Shown piece by piece: positions 59,657 to 64,000 of a stretch of 64,000 nt of DNA; positions within the stretch are counted from its first letter, which is position 1; every line of letters begins with the position of its first letter. The notes under the pieces are model-generated. The model did no database searches and was not told the origin of the DNA. It was given only the letters and a program-made list of their open reading frames with translations. This DNA is from an uncultured Gemmatimonadales bacterium (GTDB lineage Bacteria > Gemmatimonadota > Gemmatimonadetes > Longimicrobiales > RSA9). The DNA lies in contig CAWCUS010000002.1 of NCBI GenBank assembly GCA_963798845.1, positions 576,001 to 640,000 of the forward strand, written 5' to 3'. The position numbers were made by a program, and so were the translations under genes.

Positions 59657-60379
59657 GTGGCCGTGGCCGTAACGAATTCCGATCGCTTTCTGGTCTCGTT
59701 CGCGCAGGCGGAGGACGCGCTCAAGCGGATGCTGGGGACGTCGTCGAAGGACTCGTTCCGCTGGACGGTCAGGCAGGCGGCGAAGCGGAGCGCAGTGGTG
59801 CGCTCCGTGGAGGAGGACCTCCTCGAGTTCGCGGATCTCCGGAACGCAATCGTGCACGACCGCGGCGGCGGGTACGTGATCGCGGAGCCGCACGTCGCGA
59901 CGGTGGAGCGGCTGGAGGTGATCGTCGCGCTGCTCACCGATCCGCCGCGCATCGACGGCACCATGTCGCATCCCGTGGTCACCTGCTCGGCGGAGGACCC
60001 GATCGGGGAGGCGGCCCAGCGCATGGTGAAGGGCGGATTCACGCGGCTTCCCGTCTACTCCGGCGACGAGCTGGTCGGCCTCCTCACCGCGCACGCCATC
60101 GCCCGCTGGATCGCCACGAAGCTGGCCGGGCCGCTCGACACGCTTCACGAGGAGCCGGTCCGCGCCGTGCTCGAGTACGGGAACGGCGTGAAGCGGTTCG
60201 AGCTGGTGTCGCGGGATCGACTGGTGGCGGACGTGGTCCGGCTGTTCACCGGGGCCACCGAGCGCGGGCGCCGGCTGGAAGCGGTCCTCGTCACGGCGAA
60301 CGGGCTGCCGACGGAGCGGCTGTTGGGGATCGTGACGGTCCAGGACCTCCCCCGCCTCTACGGTGTCATCGCCCCCTGA
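59657..60379 (+). CDS. CBS domain protein with helical N-terminal domain
   Basis: N-terminal NSDRFL..F..AE, LRNAIVH; CBS pair (MSHPVVT, FTRLPV, LGIVTVQDL). Confidence 0.88.
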   Translation: MAVAVTNSDRFLVSFAQAEDALKRMLGTSSKDSFRWTVRQAAKRSAVVRSVEEDLLEFADLRNAIVHDRGGGYVIAEPHVATVERLEVIVALLTDPPRIDGTMSHPVVTCSAEDPIGEAAQRMVKGGFTRLPVYSGDELVGLLTAHAIARWIATKLAGPLDTLHEEPVRAVLEYGNGVKRFELVSRDRLVADVVRLFTGATERGRRLEAVLVTANGLPTERLLGIVTVQDLPRLYGVIAP

Positions 60380-60391
60380 CCGTTCCGGGCG

Positions 60392-60985
60392 CTAGCCGTT
60401 GTAGATGAGCCCGCCCCGGCTGGCGTAGAGCTGGAGCACGGCGCGCGCTTCGTCGCGCAGGACGCCAGGCACCATCTCGATCCCGCGCTCCTCCACGTAC
60501 CGGATCGATTCCGGGAAGACCGGCCCTTCGTCGAACTGAAGGCGCAGGGCGTCCTCGCGCCCGGCGCCCCACGCCAGGCGGCGGACCCCGCTCCACAGCA
60601 CCGCGCCGAGGCACATGGCGCACGGAGCGCACGACGACACCAGCTCGTGGGCAGGCAGGCCCTCCGCCGCCAGCGTGAACGTGCCCAGGCGCTGCTGGGC
60701 GAACATGAGCGCGGTCATCTCGGCGTGAAGCGCCGAGTTCCTGAGCCGCTCCACGCTGTTCAGCCCCACGCTCACGAGCCTGCCGCTGTCCCGCTCGAAA
60801 ACGGCGGCGGCGAACGGACCGCCCGCCCGGCGGAGCACGTTCTCGCGCGACAGCTCGATCACCAGCCGCATGCGATCTTCGAGCGATGCGAGCACCGCGT
60901 TCGCCGGCACCACCTCCAGGACCCACCCGGGGAGCGACACCTCCACCCCCCGGGTGGGGATGCGTCCTTCGCCTGCTTCTGCCAT
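60392..60985 (-). CDS. Zinc-dependent nucleoside/nucleobase deaminase (CDA/TadA/guanine deaminase superfamily)
   Basis: GGPFAAAVF, HAE, SCAPCAMCLGA, FDEGP; AAAGG RBS. Confidence 0.92.
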   Translation of the reverse strand: MAEAGEGRIPTRGVEVSLPGWVLEVVPANAVLASLEDRMRLVIELSRENVLRRAGGPFAAAVFERDSGRLVSVGLNSVERLRNSALHAEMTALMFAQQRLGTFTLAAEGLPAHELVSSCAPCAMCLGAVLWSGVRRLAWGAGREDALRLQFDEGPVFPESIRYVEERGIEMVPGVLRDEARAVLQLYASRGGLIYNG

Positions 60986-61054
60986 GGCACCTTTCTTCGA
61001 AGCGGGACCTGCCATCGGGCGGCCCCGTTCCGTACGCCCCGGCGCGCTCCGCGG

Positions 61055-63310
61055 CTACCGCTGCGGCGCGATCGCGTACCCCGCGGGCGGCTGCGCGCCG
61101 AGCAGGTTCTTCACGAAGTAGTCCCACCGCCGCCGGATCATGTACGGCGTCATGGCGAATCCGTGCCGCTGGTCCGGGAAGAGGATGAGGTCGAAGTCCT
61201 TGTTCGCGTCGATCAGCGCCTGCACGACGAGCAGTGTGTTGTAGTACGGCACGTTGTCGTCCACCGCGCCGTGGGCGAGGAGCAGCTTCCCCTTCAGGTT
61301 GTTCGCGAGCAGCTGGTTGGCCTGGTTGTCGTAGCTGGTCTTCCCGTTCCCCAGATCGCGCAGCAGCCCCTGCCACTTCTCGCCCCAGTCGTCCTCGTAC
61401 ATCCTGTTGTCGTGGTTGCCCGCCTCGCTCACCGCCACCTTGTAGAAGTCGGGGTAGCGCAGCATGGCGTCCGTGGACGCGAAGCCGCCGCCGGAGTGGC
61501 CCCAGATCCCGACCCGGTCCAGGTCCATCCAGGAGTAGCGCTCGGCCAGCTGCCGGATGCCCGCGATCTGGTCCGGGAGCCCGTTGTCACCCATGTCCCC
61601 ATAGTAGGCCGCCTGGAACGACTGGGTGCGCATCGGCCCGCCCATGGCGTTCAGGGCGACCACCACGAAGCCGAGCTCCGCCAGCGACTGGTGGTCGCGG
61701 CGCGCGCCGCTCCACCCCCACGTGCTCACGCTCCCGCTCTGCGGGCCCGGGTAGACGTAGTTGATCACCGGGTACCGCTTCGACGGATCGAAGCTCGTTG
61801 GACGGAACAGCAGCCCGTACAGGTCCGTCTTCCCGTCCCTCGCCTTCACCGTGAACGGCATCGGCGGCTGCCAGCCCGTGGCCAGCAGGCGCGAGATGTC
61901 CGCTGTCTCGAGCTGTGCCACGACGTGGCCGTCGGCGGCGTCGCGCAGGACCGTGACCGGGGCCGTGGTCGGGGTCGAATACGTGTCCACGAACCAGCGT
62001 CCGTCCGGCGACAGCGAGACGTCGTGGTTGGCGCTGTCCGGGGTGAGCAGTGCCGGCGGACCGCCGTCGAGGCTGACGCGATAGAAATCGGTGAAGTAGG
62101 GGTTTCCCACCTGGCCGCCGTTGCCGACGAACCAGACCGTGCGGCTGTCCGGATCAACGCGCAGCACGTCGAGCACGTTGTAGTGGCCGGGTCCGATGGG
62201 GTGCTTCAGAGACCCGGTATCCAGGTCGTACAGGAAGAGCCTGCCCCAGTCGTCGCGCCGGGAGTACCAGATCAGCTCGTGGCTGTCGGGGAGCAGTCGC
62301 CAGTTCCAGTCGTCGTAGCCGGTCTCGAGGAACGTGGGCGACGTTTCCTCGAGCACGGTCCGGACCTCCCCCGTGGCGGCATCCGCTACGCGCAGGGTGG
62401 CGTGCTGGTGGTCTCGGGAGGTGGACACGAAGGCCACCCGTCGGCTGTCCGGCGTCCACTCCAGGTCGGCGAACGTGCCGTTGCAGTAGACGTGGTCGCA
62501 CACCGAGGAGCGGTGCGGGTCGGGCGGCATCTTGAAGCGGATGATCTCCGGCGACGCCGGGTCGCTCACGTCGACGACCAGCCGCTCGATGCGGAAGATC
62601 ACCGTGTCTTCCGGGAGGGGATAGCGCCACGAGTCCAGCTCGGGGTGCCCGGCGCGCGTGTGGGTGACGTACATGCGGCCAACGCCGCGGGCGTCGTGAC
62701 GGAACGTGGCGATGTGCTTGGAGTCCGGCGACCAGCGGAGCACGGGCCTGTCGCTTCGCACCCATCCCGCATTGTTGGTGGCGTAGCCGTAGTCTTCCTG
62801 GCCGTCCGTGGTCAGCCGGTGGTCCTCGTGCGTGGCGAGGTCGCGCACCCAGAGGTCATGGCCCCGGATGAATGCGCCCCACTTCCGGTCGGGGGAGACG
62901 ACGGCGTTCCGCAGCCACGCTTTCCCCTCCTCGCTCGCCGTCCAGCCCGTGTCCGCCGGCATCAGCGCCTTCGCCCGGGGGTCGTCGCCCGCCAGCCGCT
63001 CCACCTCCCCGCTGGACGGCGTGACCAGCACCACCTGCTCGCCGTCCGGCGTGGTGGTCCGGTACCAGAAGCGGCCGTCATCCAGCCAACTGGGAGAGAC
63101 GCGCGCGCCGAACACCTCGTCCTGCACGGTCGGCTGGAGGAACTGCTCCGCGCGCTCGTAGTCCGCGCTGGTCAGAGAGTCCGGGGCGTACCGGGTCGTT
63201 GTGGGCCCGACGGGCGTCGGCGCGGCGACGGCGGGTGCTCCCGCGCTGCCGCACGCGGCGAAGAGCGCGGCGCCGGCGAGCGCCGCAAAGGGGACGAGAC
63301 GGTGTCGCAT
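61055..63310 (-). CDS. S9B dipeptidyl peptidase IV family lipoprotein
   Basis: Lipobox FAAC; WSPDS propeller, YPGPQ, GIWGHSGGG nucleophile, HGAVDDNV, QRHG. Confidence 0.94.
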   Translation of the reverse strand: MRHRLVPFAALAGAALFAACGSAGAPAVAAPTPVGPTTTRYAPDSLTSADYERAEQFLQPTVQDEVFGARVSPSWLDDGRFWYRTTTPDGEQVVLVTPSSGEVERLAGDDPRAKALMPADTGWTASEEGKAWLRNAVVSPDRKWGAFIRGHDLWVRDLATHEDHRLTTDGQEDYGYATNNAGWVRSDRPVLRWSPDSKHIATFRHDARGVGRMYVTHTRAGHPELDSWRYPLPEDTVIFRIERLVVDVSDPASPEIIRFKMPPDPHRSSVCDHVYCNGTFADLEWTPDSRRVAFVSTSRDHQHATLRVADAATGEVRTVLEETSPTFLETGYDDWNWRLLPDSHELIWYSRRDDWGRLFLYDLDTGSLKHPIGPGHYNVLDVLRVDPDSRTVWFVGNGGQVGNPYFTDFYRVSLDGGPPALLTPDSANHDVSLSPDGRWFVDTYSTPTTAPVTVLRDAADGHVVAQLETADISRLLATGWQPPMPFTVKARDGKTDLYGLLFRPTSFDPSKRYPVINYVYPGPQSGSVSTWGWSGARRDHQSLAELGFVVVALNAMGGPMRTQSFQAAYYGDMGDNGLPDQIAGIRQLAERYSWMDLDRVGIWGHSGGGFASTDAMLRYPDFYKVAVSEAGNHDNRMYEDDWGEKWQGLLRDLGNGKTSYDNQANQLLANNLKGKLLLAHGAVDDNVPYYNTLLVVQALIDANKDFDLILFPDQRHGFAMTPYMIRRRWDYFVKNLLGAQPPAGYAIAPQR

Positions 63311-63544
63311 GGTTCCTCTCGAGCGTGTCCTCGGGTTGTGTCAGGTCGGAGCGGGAAGATGCGGCCGGGGCGACGAGGCGGCAAACCCGCAGCCCCGGGT
63401 AGCCGGCGAGCGGAGCGTTCCGGGTCTCTCTCTGCACGGCTCCGGGCCCACCCGGGCCGCCCCGATTGCGGCCGCGCCGTGGGTGCCGCCATCTTCGGCC
63501 CTCGGCTCGAGACGAAATCGCGTGACCCCCGGTCCCGACGGCGA

Positions 63545-64000
63545 ATGAGCGGAACAGAGAACGAGAACGCGACTGTGGCTTCGACGGAGACCGGGGCGAG
63601 TCCGGCACGTCCGCCGGAGCGGGTGGTGTGGCCGGAAGCGACCGAGCGGCTGCGTGCCGACCCGTCGTTCGGGCCGCTGGTGGAGCGGGTAGGGCCAGTG
63701 CGCCTGCGGCCGAGTCGCGGCGAGGCCTTCCAGGCGCTGGCCGCCGCGATCGTCTATCAGCAGCTGGCGGGCGCCGCCGCCCGGACCGTGCACGGGCGCT
63801 TCGTGGCGGCGCTGGCGGGTGAGGTGACGCCCGAGAACGTGCTCTCGGCGGACGACGGTACGCTGCGCGGCGCCGGCCTCTCGGGTGCGAAGATGCGGGC
63901 GATCCGGGACCTTGCGGCGAAAGCGGTGTCCGGTGAGGTACCGCTGCACGACCTGGCGTCGCTGACGGACGAGAAAGTGGTGGAGCGCCTGGTCCGGGTG
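63545..64000 (+). CDS. DNA-3-methyladenine glycosylase II (AlkA/HhH-GPD family), 3'-truncated by window edge
   Basis: Own translation: FQALAAAIVYQQLAGAAARTVHGRF, LRGAGLSGAKMRAIRDLA, LTDEKVVERL; absent from ORF track because there is no stop. Confidence 0.9.
   Translation, partial: MSGTENENATVASTETGASPARPPERVVWPEATERLRADPSFGPLVERVGPVRLRPSRGEAFQALAAAIVYQQLAGAAARTVHGRFVAALAGEVTPENVLSADDGTLRGAGLSGAKMRAIRDLAAKAVSGEVPLHDLASLTDEKVVERLVRV

Noticed and set aside
1..64000. Mobile elements, prophage or a canonical defence island
   Set aside because: No integrase, transposase, phage structural, restriction-modification or other recognised defence genes were seen

Overview
Very GC-rich bacterial chromosomal segment with about 50 genes. 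It is probably Gemmatimonadota (Longimicrobiales-like); this is inferred from gene content and style, not from a marker gene. No rRNA, tRNA, CRISPR array, integrase or transposase was seen. Main blocks: (1) 1-16.5 kb: peptidases, an Smr nuclease, a translationally coupled ade / APC-USP permease / membrane protein / hydrolase operon, a frameshifted VPS10/BNR-repeat hydrolase and an unusual HhH fusion protein. (2) 16.5-33.1 kb: a Bacteroidetes-style SusC/SusD alpha-glucan utilisation locus (two GH13, GH97, GH2, GalM, MFS maltose-type permease). (3) 33-54.8 kb: mixed metabolic and envelope genes, including Met gamma-lyase-type enzyme, Dcp, Cfa, a hybrid kinase, a kinase/PLP phospho-lyase fusion and an ABC-F protein. 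(4) 54.9-60.4 kb: the best candidate for an undescribed system, an operon of TonB-dependent receptor, ECF-S-like membrane protein, VOC ring-cleaving dioxygenase, a stand-alone TiaS-kinase-domain (DDTD) protein lacking tRNA-binding domains, and a CBS protein. Two clear and one possible frameshift suggest residual indel errors in the assembly. All family calls come from motif recognition by eye; no database searches were run.
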